The translations under genes and the position numbers were made by a program. This document shows, piece by piece, positions 1 through 12,916 of a DNA stretch of 64,000 nucleotides. The notes below the pieces were generated by a model that searched no databases, was not told the origin of the DNA, and was given only the letters and a program-made list of their open reading frames with translations. The stretch is taken from the NCBI RefSeq assembly GCF_000150275.1, contig NW_002060971.1, positions 351,212 to 415,211 of the forward strand, read 5' to 3'. Position 1 is the first letter of the stretch, and every line of letters starts with the position of its first letter. This DNA is from Trichoplax adhaerens. Lineage: Eukaryota > Animalia > Placozoa.

Positions 1-2194
1 TTATGCCACGTGCATTAAAATAAAATTGCTATATTATAACTAATTCATGAATATAGCTAGTAAAAAAAACAACAGCCGTATTCTGTAACTGTTGTTTTAA
101 AAAAATTAAACGAATTCGAATAAATTGTATACAATATTACTTGCCAACAAAAGTAAGATTATAGGAATTTATTTAAATTGTACTGATGACGCATCAAAAT
201 TTAAATTGGTCCGTATTTACGAAATTACAATAATTTTACGTAAGTAACTGTTGAAAAGAGTTATTGATACTTAAATTCCTATAAATATGAAGAATAAAAA
301 ATTGTATCTTCATTTTTTGTCTGCAGCAAATAATTTCAATTTTATTCTTTTGCTTTAATCATTCTCTGTGAATAAACACTTGTTCAATCTCGGAAAGAAG
401 AAAAAAATTAGAAAACGAAAGTGTATGCTTTATATAGGGCTATCAATAGTTCTTGCCAGCACTAGCAGTTAGTTACTCTTGTCAGCCAGTATAACAATGC
501 TTTTATCCCAACTAAGAAAGATTTCTGTACTTTGTCTTTGGGTTGAATTAAAATCGACATAAAAATGAGTAGCCTGCAGGGCTATGAGAAGCAAGCTTTC
601 CTAAAGTCATTTAATACAGTACAATATCACCGTATAAATTTAGCTGTTAAGAACAATAATGTCTTTGACTAATGCTAATCCATCCATCCATCATATTGAT
701 AAATTTTAATAAATAACGCGAGGTAATTTAAATTTATTATTATTGCTACTTTATTAGTTTATTTCTATGCCTACGGCCATCTCGTATATTCGTAATCGCA
801 ATGGTGTTCAATTTAATAAATAGTATAGTGTTGAGTATTTTCGTGGGGAAGTCTACGATTCAGATATATGACATATAGTATAATTAAAAAAAATGAAGAC
901 TGCAGCGAATGCATGTTCTATTGCCTTTATCAGATCATTATAGTCAAGACATAATGAAATGAAATAATATTAGGAAATAAAGCATTAAAATTCAGCACTA
1001 TTTTATTGAGAATTTTACAGCAGTTGTGATGTTGTGAAAAGTCAGATAATGCCTATTCTTTTTTACAGTAAAATAACAATCACGCCACAGTGCTGTTCTG
1101 AATTGCATGCCAATGATATTTAGAATTATGTCCTACTGACGACTATTGTTTAGCCAGAGTAAGGATAATAAAGATCTACTAATGAACTGTTTGGATGACT
1201 AGACATCGCTAATCGTATTCTGTATTCTATCAGAGTAGCTTAAATCTTCAAAACATCATACTCTAATTGTAGTGGAATTAGCATATTGGTATTAATTTCC
1301 ATCTATTATTTCCTATACTTTGATAGACTGTAGCTCGAAATAGTCAATAATACTGGACATTAATGCTTTGGCTTTGATACAAATAACATTTCATAATTCT
1401 GACAAGCCTATCCCTATTTTCTCCACTAACTTTACTCTCAAACGTTGGCTACATAATATTAAAATGCAAAACTTTTGCTGGTTGATAATCGTAATTAGAG
1501 GCAGATTTAGATCTGTTAGTAATACTATATGATCAATTTTACTGCTTAATCCAATTCATCGAAGCTAGCAATCATAAAATGAGTTTGTATTGATCATGGT
1601 CAATTCAGTGGCAGAGAATTGATCTATATTATATAATTTCATGTTAGTTTCTTTTTTAGTCAATAAAAAACATTTAAAAATAATTACTTTATCTTGAGGA
1701 TGTTGATAATGTATTAACATGCCTACAGTATAAAATATGGAAAAGTCAATACGTTTGGATTGCTCATATCAACTATCCTATAAGATTTTGTTTAAATCAT
1801 TGAAAAGGTAAAGCATCTTTATTTCCGTATAGTCGCTTCTTTACGCTAATTTTCTTTTTTGCCATCGGCCTAAAGCGTGGAACCGGTTAAAAAATTATGA
1901 AGAAAAAGGGAAAAAATGTCGTTCTACATCAGTAATCAAGTTGATTTATTGTTAATAACAGTAGGGGGAACAATATCGTGCAATGAGAAAAAATAGCCAT
2001 TATAATTCCCCTACGTGGAATGTATTAATGATCAATGTTGTATAATATAAAATTAATCATGTTGTAATTTGGCTAAGATAGCAGAAAATATTGAATATAG
2101 ACTATTTTATAGCAGAATAACTGTTTTGTTTTCACCATATCCAAGCTTAATGACGTCGCAATATAGTAGAACAACGTAACCGCGATGATCTGTT

Positions 2195-2208
2195 GTTACT
2201 ATAGCAAC
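2195..2208. promoter_or_regulatory. RFX X-box (GTTACTATAGCAAC)
   Basis: Near-palindromic 14-mer matching the X-box consensus GTTNCYATRGNAAC, about 470 bp upstream of ATG 2675. CRE-like TGACGT sites lie nearby (about 2151 and 2518), and TATAAA at about 2526. Confidence 0.55.
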
Positions 2209-2674
2209 ACATAATTAAAATTCTTCCCGACGAAAAGTTATTAATGGACTATCCAAGCTAGACAAAGACTTTAACGATCTATTTGAGTTAAACATTAGTA
2301 TAGGATTGAGTTGAATTCAAAACCCAACACGATTAACTGAGGGTAATGTTATGCTAAATTAATAACGGTTAAAAATAAAAGTTTTTATAGTTTTGACAGT
2401 AGGGTGTTGTATACCTCAGCAAGAGGATAATAGACCAGTAGAGTAGACAGTTGAATTATTTGGTTTGTGTATTAAAATTATTCTTTTTAAATCCAATTTT
2501 GGTATAGTGATCTTCATTGACGTGGTATAAATCGATCAGTACCGTTTAAGTCGGCTAGCTGTATCCAAATCACGTCACAGTTATTTGTTAAAAGGTGCGG
2601 ATTCGTGTTTAGGGATCAATTCTTGGCCAAGAAATTATTTGCAACCATTAGAAAAGTTGTCTCATTCGATCAAG

Positions 2675-4794
2675 ATGTCTGTATTATCCAATCAAGGCGG
2701 TAAAAAACATTTTAACAGTAATCAGGGGTAAGTTTCGATTGATTTTTTACCACGATAAAATGGTAGTTACTCTTGTCGATTTTCATTAGGTTTTATTTTC
2801 ATTTTCTTCATAATGAAGTGGATAAATTTTTTCCCAGTTCTATTAATTGCCATACTGTAATTCGTCCTGTTAGTGACAGAAGATAGGATAATTTCTTACT
2901 CATCAATAAAATTCATTTTTACTATAACAACTAAATTACTCAGCAGTATCCACGTCTATTTGTTAATTGAAGAATTATTATAAATGAGATATAATTTAAG
3001 TACTGACCAATCCCACACTGTGATCCAAACGATAATGTTACTTATACTGTAGGCGATTTGGCCAACGCTATTTGATAGAGATCATGAAAATGCCATGTTG
3101 TAGACGTTATTAATTTGAATTGAAGTAGAATAATGGAAATTTTCATGCCCTCAACTCATCGTCATCGTGACATCTTTTTAGCTGTAAGAATTGACCGTTG
3201 AAAAAAAATTTTATTTCTATCCTTGTTAGTCAATCATGGCGAATATTTGGTGAAGACGAAGAAGGCCGAGAAAATATTCCCATTCAAACTCCTCAAAATG
3301 AAAATTTTAATACAGCTGATTCGACAGATGATGCTGCCTATGGGAAAGCTCGATCGTTGAAGCCAACCCCTCGTACATATAACATTTTGTATCATGGTGA
3401 CGAGCCAAAAACTCAATCCCGTTCAGGGGCACCTTCAGCAGAGCCCATGAGAGCACCATCATCTGAACCCATGAAAGCACCTTCAGCCGAACCCATGAGA
3501 GCAGATAATCCACCAAGCAATTTTGTCAATCCAAAATTGCAATCGATGAAGCCCACTCCTCGTACCTATAATATTTTATATCATGACGATAGCGAAGAAA
3601 ATCCTACCCGTCAAATAAACTCCAAGCCTGCAACGAATCCAGTAGAAGCACCTCAACCAGCCACGGGTAGATTGCAATCGATGAAGCCAGCGCCGCGCGA
3701 TTACAATATTTTATTTCACGTCGAAACAACACCCATGAATCCTTCAAGTGAAAATATAGAGAGTGCATCTGCTATGGATCAAAATGCAGCTATGGAAGGT
3801 GGTTCAATTTACAACGATTCTATGCCGCAGCAATGTAATTTATTTGATTGGACACTTTTTTAAATATAAATTGCTATATGCAATGTTTAAGTTGATTGAT
3901 CTTTTGTTTGATTATTCAATCGTGGCGTAAAAGTCTAGAAGTTAATATCTTATAGAGTCGATTTTGTTTTACAGTATTTGTTGTACCAGTGGTTTATGGG
4001 TTCGATATTACGATTGACTCTGTTGACCATCATGACTGTTTGTCATTCTTTTAGATGCCACTCAAGTTCCAAATGCACAGGAAGAAAATTTTTCAGTAGA
4101 ACAGCCCGATGTGGAGCTACCCCTTGCAGAAAGATCATCGTCTATAAATGATTTTCGTGATCCGATTTCCATTAATGATGAATTAACAGCTCGACAAACA
4201 CCTAAAAAAACTGGAAAGCTATGCGGATATAATCAAGGGCCAGCCACTATGGGAATAGGTAAAATTGTTGATTAATCCATTTACATACTATACGAGTATA
4301 CCGTATAAATATGTATATGGACAACCAATCTGATCTTCTCTCGATAGATCTATGTATAGTGTTTAGTTGGAACTTCAATTTGTGTGATCATTCCATTGGT
4401 ACTTATGACTGATTTTTGATTATTATTATTATTGAAAATTTTTGAATACAGTGCCAGTAACCAATATATCGAATAGGAGAAATTCTGCTGAAGGTCGAAA
4501 GTTGTTGGAGAAAATCTCTTTTGAACATAACATGGATTCACGTCAGGAACCAATGCATTCAGAAAGGGGAAAGGTAAACAAATAATACCATTTGCCTTGT
4601 TATGAATGCGTTCTCAGTTCCAAATTGAATAGCCATGATGTCCATGATGATACTATCTAAAGTTTGCATATGCTTGTGTACGAATAGTAACGTCTATATC
4701 GAATCTATAGCGCCACGGATGCTTTGTATGGGACGATACATCTAATCAACAAAGCAGAGAATCGCCAAGGCCGACAAGTGCACGCATTAGATAA
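2675..4794 (+). CDS. Uncharacterised 355-aa low-complexity protein with internal repeats (5 exons)
   Basis: Exons 2675-2727, 3230-3834, 4055-4258, 4452-4573 and 4711-4794 join in frame across GT-AG introns, giving MSVLSNQGGKKHFNSNQG/QSWRIFG...RPTSARIR*. Contains 3x KPxPRxYNIL(Y/F)H and 3x APS(A/S)EPM(R/K). No family recognised. Confidence 0.75.
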
Positions 4795-5780
4795 GAGTGG
4801 AAAATTGCCATGCAAATTGTATGATATAGTAGTTCTAATTCTAATTATTGCTGTAAAAGCAATGGCTCTTAATTTGACCCAGTGTTAGGTAAATAACTAA
4901 ATATCAATTATGTTCTAATATTTTCACTTATTATTTGAAAGTATTTACTAATTCAGTAAGATAGTGTGTTGATTGATTTGAAAAGCAACGTATGCCATTG
5001 CATTGTGTTGATGACAATAATCAACATACACTATAGCACATATGAGCATAACTTTAAAATAATTACTTTTTTGTTGCTTTTTGGCATCTATGAAGTAATC
5101 GTTGCTAATAGATGTATGTTAGGCTTGTAAAAATTGGCAATTGGTGTAGTTCAATACGGGATCAATATTTTAAGTAGTAACATCCTTTGTAGAAATTTGT
5201 AAACGTTTTAACAGCAGATTGTATTCTATGCTAACATTCACTCTTGGTTATGACAAAAAGTAACAATATTATCGGTAATTTATCGATTAAATTATGGAAT
5301 ACAAATCTTCTAATAGTTCACATTTATGCGTAGAGAATAGATTTGCGACCATAATCCAATTCGAATCTCTTTTGGTTTGTTGTATGATATTCGATTCAGA
5401 AGTGGTTTCAAAATAAAAAATAATAGCTTTAAAATGGGTTTTAGCGTCGTTCTTGGCATGCCATACTTACATAGGATAGTTAATAAAGCAATTTGTAACG
5501 TTGAAGCAGTAAACAATCAAATATAGGCACGTTTATTCATGACTTCTGACATTCGATTTAACAAGTACCAAAGTTAATCTAAAACATCGATGGAAATCGG
5601 CTACGTGATAACAGTTGATTTATAACTAAATTAAAATTTAGTATAGTAGTCATTAAAGAAGTAGATCGAGAATTTCAATGAACTGTACATCGTAGTAGTA
5701 CATACGTAAGATAGGATAAACTGATTTAAAAATTTTTTTTATACTATATAAATAGTGTCTTGTGGATCATACACCATTTT

Positions 5781-7978
5781 CTAACCGCAATTCATGATAC
5801 TTGCTAAGTCTGTTCATAAAAGAATACAGTAGAGCATTAATAGAAGTAGACGGAAATGATTGAACTTTAGCCGTATTCATACTGTACAAGCAGATTATCC
5901 ATGATACAAGTTGAAAGACTAACTATAATAGACTTACTATCGATCTCGAATTTGAAGGACATATTCTTTGAATTCGAGTTCAGTTCTTGATTACTGAGAA
6001 AGATTTTGTTGTTATCGACTCTTTGCCAGTTTTTTGCACTGATGATTGCATTCAATTCCGTTTCTATCAAAAGTCCATTATTTAGTCAATGTTGAAGAAG
6101 AGATGTCTATGATTAAGCTAAAAAGTGCATGTTACCATTTACATCACCCAATAATTTGGCAACTAGTGACGCTTCAATCGTCTGATAGGTGATATTCAAA
6201 ACGTAGCAGATAACTATTAAAATAGGAGAAATCAATTATTGAATATCAGTTACGGCATAACGCCAGTTAATGCATAGTAAAACTTGGAAATGGTAGTGCA
6301 ATGTTGCAATACAATCAATATTAATTGAAATAAGAGTCTATATCGTACAATCTCGAATGGATTCTTCAAATCCGTTGACTGTGGAACTCAAGTCTTTATT
6401 TTGTGCTAGCTCTTCCTATTGAAAGGAACGTACAAATTGAATACTAAAGGGGATTCATAATTATTCTAATTTCCTAAAATAGCAGTTGTAACTACTTACC
6501 CAAAAAGTTATAAAGTTACATGTTTCCAGAAGTTCACCAAGATAGAATATCCGCGATATTTGCTCGTCTTCCTCCTAAAGTAGAGTTAAGGATGATTCTT
6601 TGTCGTGAATAAACAATCATCATCAACATAATCAACAGAGAATGATGATTGGAGACTTTATCTACTGTACAGGAAATATGAAATTGTTGGAAAAGGATAC
6701 ATGGCTTTCTACCATTAGACATCGACAAAGGGAGAAATCGTTGGATGGTAGATTGGTTAAGGCTTTCAATAGTATTAGACTAACAATGTTGGATTGAAAT
6801 AACGAAGGATTGAATTGGTAGCTAAAGGGAAAGAAGGCATACATAGCATGAAGATAGCATTAGTACGTGTTTATTTTTACCCAATTTGAAGTCTGTATGA
6901 AGGTTGACAATAATGTCATTGGTGCTTACAGTTTAAGTACAGCCAGGTTTGCTTCCACATCGTAAGTACCTTCTTGAGCCTGTAAATACACAATTACATT
7001 CCAATGATTAGTACTGACGTTGAACAGTAGTAGTAGCACTGTCTACAGCTGCAGAGACGAGTTGATTGAATCGAATTGGATGTCCATGACATGTATTGAG
7101 TTTGAAGAATTTGACTTTACCAACCTGCTGCTCAACGTATGCATGTAAGACTGTCAAGTTTTCTGGATTATACCTATCAATTTGGCGAAAGATAAAAAAA
7201 GCAACATCAAGTTTTACTTCGGGATATCCATAATGGCAGAAATGCCGTGTGATGCAACTATTTTGTGATGGATAGTAGAGAGAATGATGCTATTGAACGA
7301 AATCCGTACGTTCATTCATTACTTTGTCCGTAGCGTAGCCGTGTTATGGCATTTATGTGGCGTTTTAATGATGCTTCTACTAATGTATCTGGATGTGATG
7401 GAGTCTATTGACCAATTACGATAGCGTAGAGTGATTCATGTTCAACTTATTTTGATAGCGTATCGTTGTTGGTGTTTGTCAATTTTAGCGTGCAACAGCG
7501 GTACGCAATCGAAGGTGCGAATAATAAATTTTGAGCATGTTCTTGTCATTGGAATGATTTGAAGGCCTTAGGTATCCAACATCGCTGATAAATAAGTCAT
7601 TCCAATAGAATGTACTATTTTTTTTCAACCCAAGTCATGTATAGCTTAGCGTTGAACAAGGTGATGAAAGCATTTGGATGGTGGTTGTAATACTGTTATC
7701 AAGTGTCATGACAGATGAATGGATCGCCTTTCCCATGCAGTGATCGATCGATCGATCTCCTCTATCCTCCAGTACAAAATTGGATNNNNNNNNNNNNNNN
7801 NNNNNNNNNNNNNNNNNNNNNNNNNNNNNNNNNNNNNNNNNNNNNNNNNNNNNNNNNNNNNNNNNNNNNNNNNNNNNNNNNNNNNNNNNNNNNNNNNNNN
7901 NNNNNNNNNNNNNNNNNNNNNNNNNNNNNNNNNNNNNNNNNNNNNNNNNNNNNNNNNNNNGGAAAGGCTGCTAGCCAT
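5781..7978 (-). CDS. EIF3K: Eukaryotic translation initiation factor 3 subunit K
   Basis: Minus-strand exons give (R)YNPENLTVLHAYVEQQ / AQEGTYDVEANLAVLKL / YQFNPSLFQSNIVSLILLKALTNLPSNDFSLCRCL / ...IFYLGELLETCNFITFW / ...GFEESIRDFICYVLNITYQTI... / LASIMNCG*, colinear with eIF3k. Stop at 5781; last confident exon 7125-7173. The start at ATG 7978 (MASSLS, running into the gap) is tentative. Confidence 0.93.
6575..6700 (-). other. U12-type (minor spliceosome) GT-AG intron of eIF3K
   Basis: 5' splice site GTATCCTTT. Branch site TCCTTAAC (6592-6585) lies just upstream of the AG, with no long polypyrimidine tract. Confidence 0.9.
7786..7960. other. Assembly gap (N run)
   Basis: Run of N bases, probably hiding most of eIF3K exon 1. 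Confidence 0.99.
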
Positions 7979-8649
7979 TGATCACCTGGGTGATGGTATG
8001 GAAGCGATCGATTTTAGCTGTCATGCAAGTTCATCTTGATAAGAGAGAAATACTTTCCACCATCTTGACGATAGTAGCGTTAATAAGACTACCGTCGACA
8101 ACATGGACTAAAGCCATGACTGGGGAGGGCATGTGGACACGACGGCCATTGGCGATGACATGGTCCACCGCTATAGTAGTCAATTCTTGAAAGTTATGAT
8201 CATTTTATATTGCATTGAATGGATTGAAATCCACTGCAGTTTAGGCTAGACAGAATGGTTGCAAGGATAGCAAAGATGAGGCAATAATTACCTATTAATA
8301 CCCACGAGAAGGTTATGGACATTTTCTTTGGCGGTATCCATGGTTAGCGAGGATGGTCACTGATTGCCTGGCTGTGTCGATTGACTACAGTGGACAGTAT
8401 GAGACTGGCTGTGGTGAGAGGCGAAGCGACACAACTGCATGTGTTCTGCTGTACGACAGCCCAAAGTTGAAACGCTACGCGTCAAGCGCTGTCGCGTCAC
8501 GGGCTTGCAGCGATACAGTAGCACACGATGACACAGTCGTGTGCTAGCCAACACCTGCAGTGTCCAAGCAAAAGCATCCCAGACACTACTACAGAACAAG
8601 TGTAGAAGGGTAAAAGAAAGAAAAAAAGCCAACCTACCGCAGATGCAGT

Positions 8650-9200
8650 TCCAATGTACACTACTGTACAGTATGCATGGCTAGAGTAGTTGCTACTGTA
8701 GCCTACAGTGTACTGTACTGTACACTAGCACGTGCACGCCTGGGACCGTACTGTATTGTCCACTACTAAGAGAAGCGAGATACAGTACTAGGTATTGTAA
8801 GAGCAGTGAAGATTCTGATACTGCACACTGTACACTGTGCTGTACAATTTGAAAATGATACTACATGTACTCTACTGTAGGCTTGTATGGAGCACTGCTG
8901 TACCCTACTGACACATGTACTGTAGAGTCAGAAGAACTGAACCGGACCGGACCGGATGGGATCGCATACCAAATGCAATTTTCGCCGATTTTGCAATCCT
9001 ACAGTACTTACTGTACTGTACAGTACAGTACATACCGTACAGTACATACTGTAGTCCTGACTAAGTGACACTCTTCTTTTCACTAAGCGATCGTTTTTCG
9101 TTGAAATGTGACTCAATCTACAGTACCATACTGTACAGTGTACAGTATGAAAATTCGACTATGGTACTGTACAGTCTAGATTTACAGTACTGCACCCACA
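8650..9200. repeat. TACAG/CTGTA, GTAC-palindrome-rich low-complexity island
   Basis: Dense tactgtacagta / cagtac / tgtaca words and an ACTGAACCGGACCGGACCGG core at about 8935-8955. Confidence 0.8.
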
Positions 9201-12200
9201 ACTCTGATCATACGAATCTGATGATTTAATTTCGATGGCTGCACTTCCTTCATAAATCAATGTGGTATTCCGTTGCTGTAGAATAATAATATTTATTGAT
9301 ACAGTACCCGTAGAAGGATAACTCCACTAATCGGCATTGCTGAGTTATTAGGCTACAACGGCATAAAACATTGACCTAGTTTGGGCTTGACTGAACTGGC
9401 CTAATTTTATTTTTTTTTTGACGGTGCCATCCAAATGAATCAGATGTTGTACATCAAGTTTATAGGACAGCTAGAACAACTAGATGGAAGGTGGAGCGGG
9501 CTTCTGCTCAAGTGCTCACTCGACAACCGAGTCTTGTATCCACTCAGCAATGTTATTTTCCTATCAGATATTGTCATCAAAGTAGAAATGAAATGCATGC
9601 CTATCTCGACAATCATTTTGACTCCTACAGTTCACTGAATGAGCAGTAAATGTGTGTGCAAAGTGAATTTAGGATCACAAATGTTCTAAAATACACAAAA
9701 ATGGAAAACAAATTTTGTCTTTACATGAATATTTTATTACGGATATTACGCCAAACATACAGTAATTCTATCGATCCATTTCCAAAAAAATCAGTTCAAA
9801 ATACTCCATGTCGGTATAAACTCCTGTCTTTGCACGTTAGTTTTAAAGCGACATGAAAGACCTGCAGTGTGCAAGTCAGTAAAAAGAGCCATTTTGTTTT
9901 GAAGTATAAATACTGACTCTTGGCTCATGACACCGGAATGACATGTCAACAACGTTGTCTCACCAATAGACTACGCCATACTCAATACGAAATGGTGTAC
10001 CCAGCTCAGTTCGTCAACGATCGGCAAAGTGGAGCCCGGCCAATGTTGACAGTCTAGAAATCCATCAATGATGGATTCAAAGTCAAGTTGGTCTCCTTCT
10101 CGACATCAATCTGCACCAGCATCAATATGATCGATTGTCATGACTGTCTTGTCAACATTTTCATACTGAGATGGAATTTTGCATTCTTGCAAATAGCTTC
10201 CCAACATGATTGAATGAATCGGTGGTGATCGCTCTTCGTAGGACATTGGATCATTTCCATGTTGTTGTCTGTGATTGGCCAGCATGCTCAGTACAAAATA
10301 AGTTGCTATGATCAATTAATTTTAATAAGATGAATAACATCTTCCGTAGTGAGGGCAGTGGCTAATTTGGTACTCTTTCCTCGACTGCAATCCATTCATC
10401 ATACCTCTATCACGGTCGATAGTATGGGCTTGTAAATCATTCGTTGACGATTTCCATTTATGATTGCATAGAGTTGCAAAGTATTACGTAACGCCCATTG
10501 GTGATCGAGTTGTGTCTCGAAACAGCCATCATGTTGATACTGTCATAGGCGATTCTTTCTCCTACTGCAACCTACTATACTGTAAAGCGGAACAAGTTCT
10601 GCTCCAAGATGATGCAATCGAGGAGCAAGAGCTTTGTTTTGTCCAACCCCTTTTAGTCTTGAAGGCAATATTGATTTCCCACTCCAGGTAGCTTGCAACG
10701 CCAACGCTTTCAAGCTTAAAGGCTGCTGATTGCAACATTGGTGGGCATCCATTGCAATCCAACATTACAGATAGAAAGGTAAACTATTGAATAAGGACGA
10801 TTCATTTCTTAAGGCAGAACTACTCAAATCTGATCGACAGCAGTGTAAACAAGGCGGCTTACGATCATCGTGTCGATAACGTATAATCATCTATCTTTCG
10901 AGCAATGATGGATGCGTCGATAAGTTCAAGAGACATTAGGATTGTAGCCAATGGCTTTTTATAACCCTTTAGGCTCACAATCGATCAATTCCAAAGTTTG
11001 CATTCTTAAAATGGAGCAAATGGCCAAGGTGACACCTTTCATCCTACCAGCCATCATCCACGATGACTTAGCACGACAGACTATGCCGGTTTCTAGTACT
11101 ATCGTACTTTATGTTACAACTCCTATCAACTACAATCACGATAATAATGTCGATATCTCATCATATCGAGCTGTTGGCAAGTATCCGTTTCACATCTTGA
11201 CCTTATCATCATCATCGATAGCTATATACAGTAGAAGAGCTTATCGTGTGATCGCTTTATCCATCGCCACGTACAAAAGACGACGATTTAATGAATACCT
11301 TGCTAACTGGCAATCGCCATGAACCTAAAAGTTCTCGGATTGATGCATTGACGAATTACAATTCGTCAATGAACTTGGAGGAACAAAATGCTTCATGGTT
11401 GTCATTCTCTCCAACCATGAACTAGTTATAACATCATATCAACTCTTGGTCCAGTAGGATCACAAACTCTTGCAATGGCCGGGAATGTTGATCCCATGAT
11501 ACAGTATTATGCTTGTTCAAGGGCTTAGATAAAACTATATAAATTGATTTTATCGATATGGATCTACTTATTCCTTGTGTTAACACCACAGTTTCATGCT
11601 TAACGCGACAGACTGCGGATTAAAAATGAAACTACAGTACTTGCACAAACACGCTAGCTAATGAAAGCTTAATCCCGTGTTGCTTATAATCATACCAACT
11701 TTCCACCTTTCCATTATAAATATCAAACCATATACGATCAACATTTCTTTGCAATGAACTGATTGGCAGCTTTCACTTGAATTTTCTTCTCCGATATGCC
11801 GTGTAGAGGCAGTCAACAACCAGGCTATCACTGACAAATCGAATTCTTATCATAACTGCACTGTACATACGAATATTTATCCACGCCGGTAAATTGGCTA
11901 AAATCTCTTCTCTACACGTAGATAGCTTCTATTAGATTATCCCAGTTTGATCGTATGCTTTACGTAAATTTCAGTCGCGCATTGACATCAAGCGTATTGC
12001 TTGATTGATTAAAATAGGATGACATACTGTGTAAGTGTATATAGAATCACCATACTTTGCTAGAATTGTTTTTTCCTATGCAAATAGCGTAGCATATTCC
12101 ATAGGTGAATGATGGCCTGAGATGCAAATATTGCAAATTTAATGACTACATTACTTAATTATTCCTGAATTCAATAGCACGCGTTCCTTACGGAGTACTG

Positions 12201-12916
12201 ATCTCAGCTGAATAATCGCTTTTGTTTTACCTGACTCTAAAACAGATCTTTTGCACATTCTTAATTTACTATTAATTGTGAATGAGATCGGTAAGCATCG
12301 TACACGTACATTAAAGTAGCAAAGATGCCAATTTGTAGTAAGATTAAAACAGATAGTGATGGACTGTCAGAGATCTGCTGACATGAAAATGATTCTACTA
12401 AAACATTCATGGTGAAAAATTTTCTTCCCCTTTTAATCAATCGCTTGCAGTATGTTTCAAGTTAGCAATAAATGCAATATTGCATAGTATATTAGGCAAA
12501 TGCAGTGTAAGGCACTTTTACATGAGCGGCAAGAAATCAACTGTGAGAAGAATAAATTAAAGTAAACATGTCTTTAGGGCGTAAACATTATATGCTGTGT
12601 ACGCATGTAGTTCAGTACTGTGCATTGAATGTACAATAGTTTATATATTAATGATTATGTTATTATACATTATATTGACTTAAACTTCTCACCTGCAATA
12701 CTTTACTAATAGTATTTGCAAGTGATCCATCATTATATTCGGTCGAGTTTGCTAACTGACGATCTGAATACACATGCACATGTAGGAAGTTTTATACTAC
12801 GCATTAATGTCTTAATGCAAACAGATCGTCTGCCATAGGAGAATGGAATTTGTAACAAAAATGAAACTATTGTCATTATCGGATGATGATCAATTTTAAC
12901 TTTATTTAGCTAAATT

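Noticed and set aside
565-672. Short ORF MSSLQGYEKQ... near the window start
   Set aside because: About 35 aa, no recognisable homology and no consistent splice partners.
7706-8039. ORFs spanning the N run
   Set aside because: Artefacts of the assembly gap. Only MASSLS is kept as a tentative eIF3K start.
10484-10493. PAR-bZIP D-box-like sites (ATTACGTAAC here; others at about 42782 and 61173) suggesting regulation of TAT or autoregulation
   Set aside because: At this AT content a few matches per 64 kb are expected by chance, and they are not clustered.
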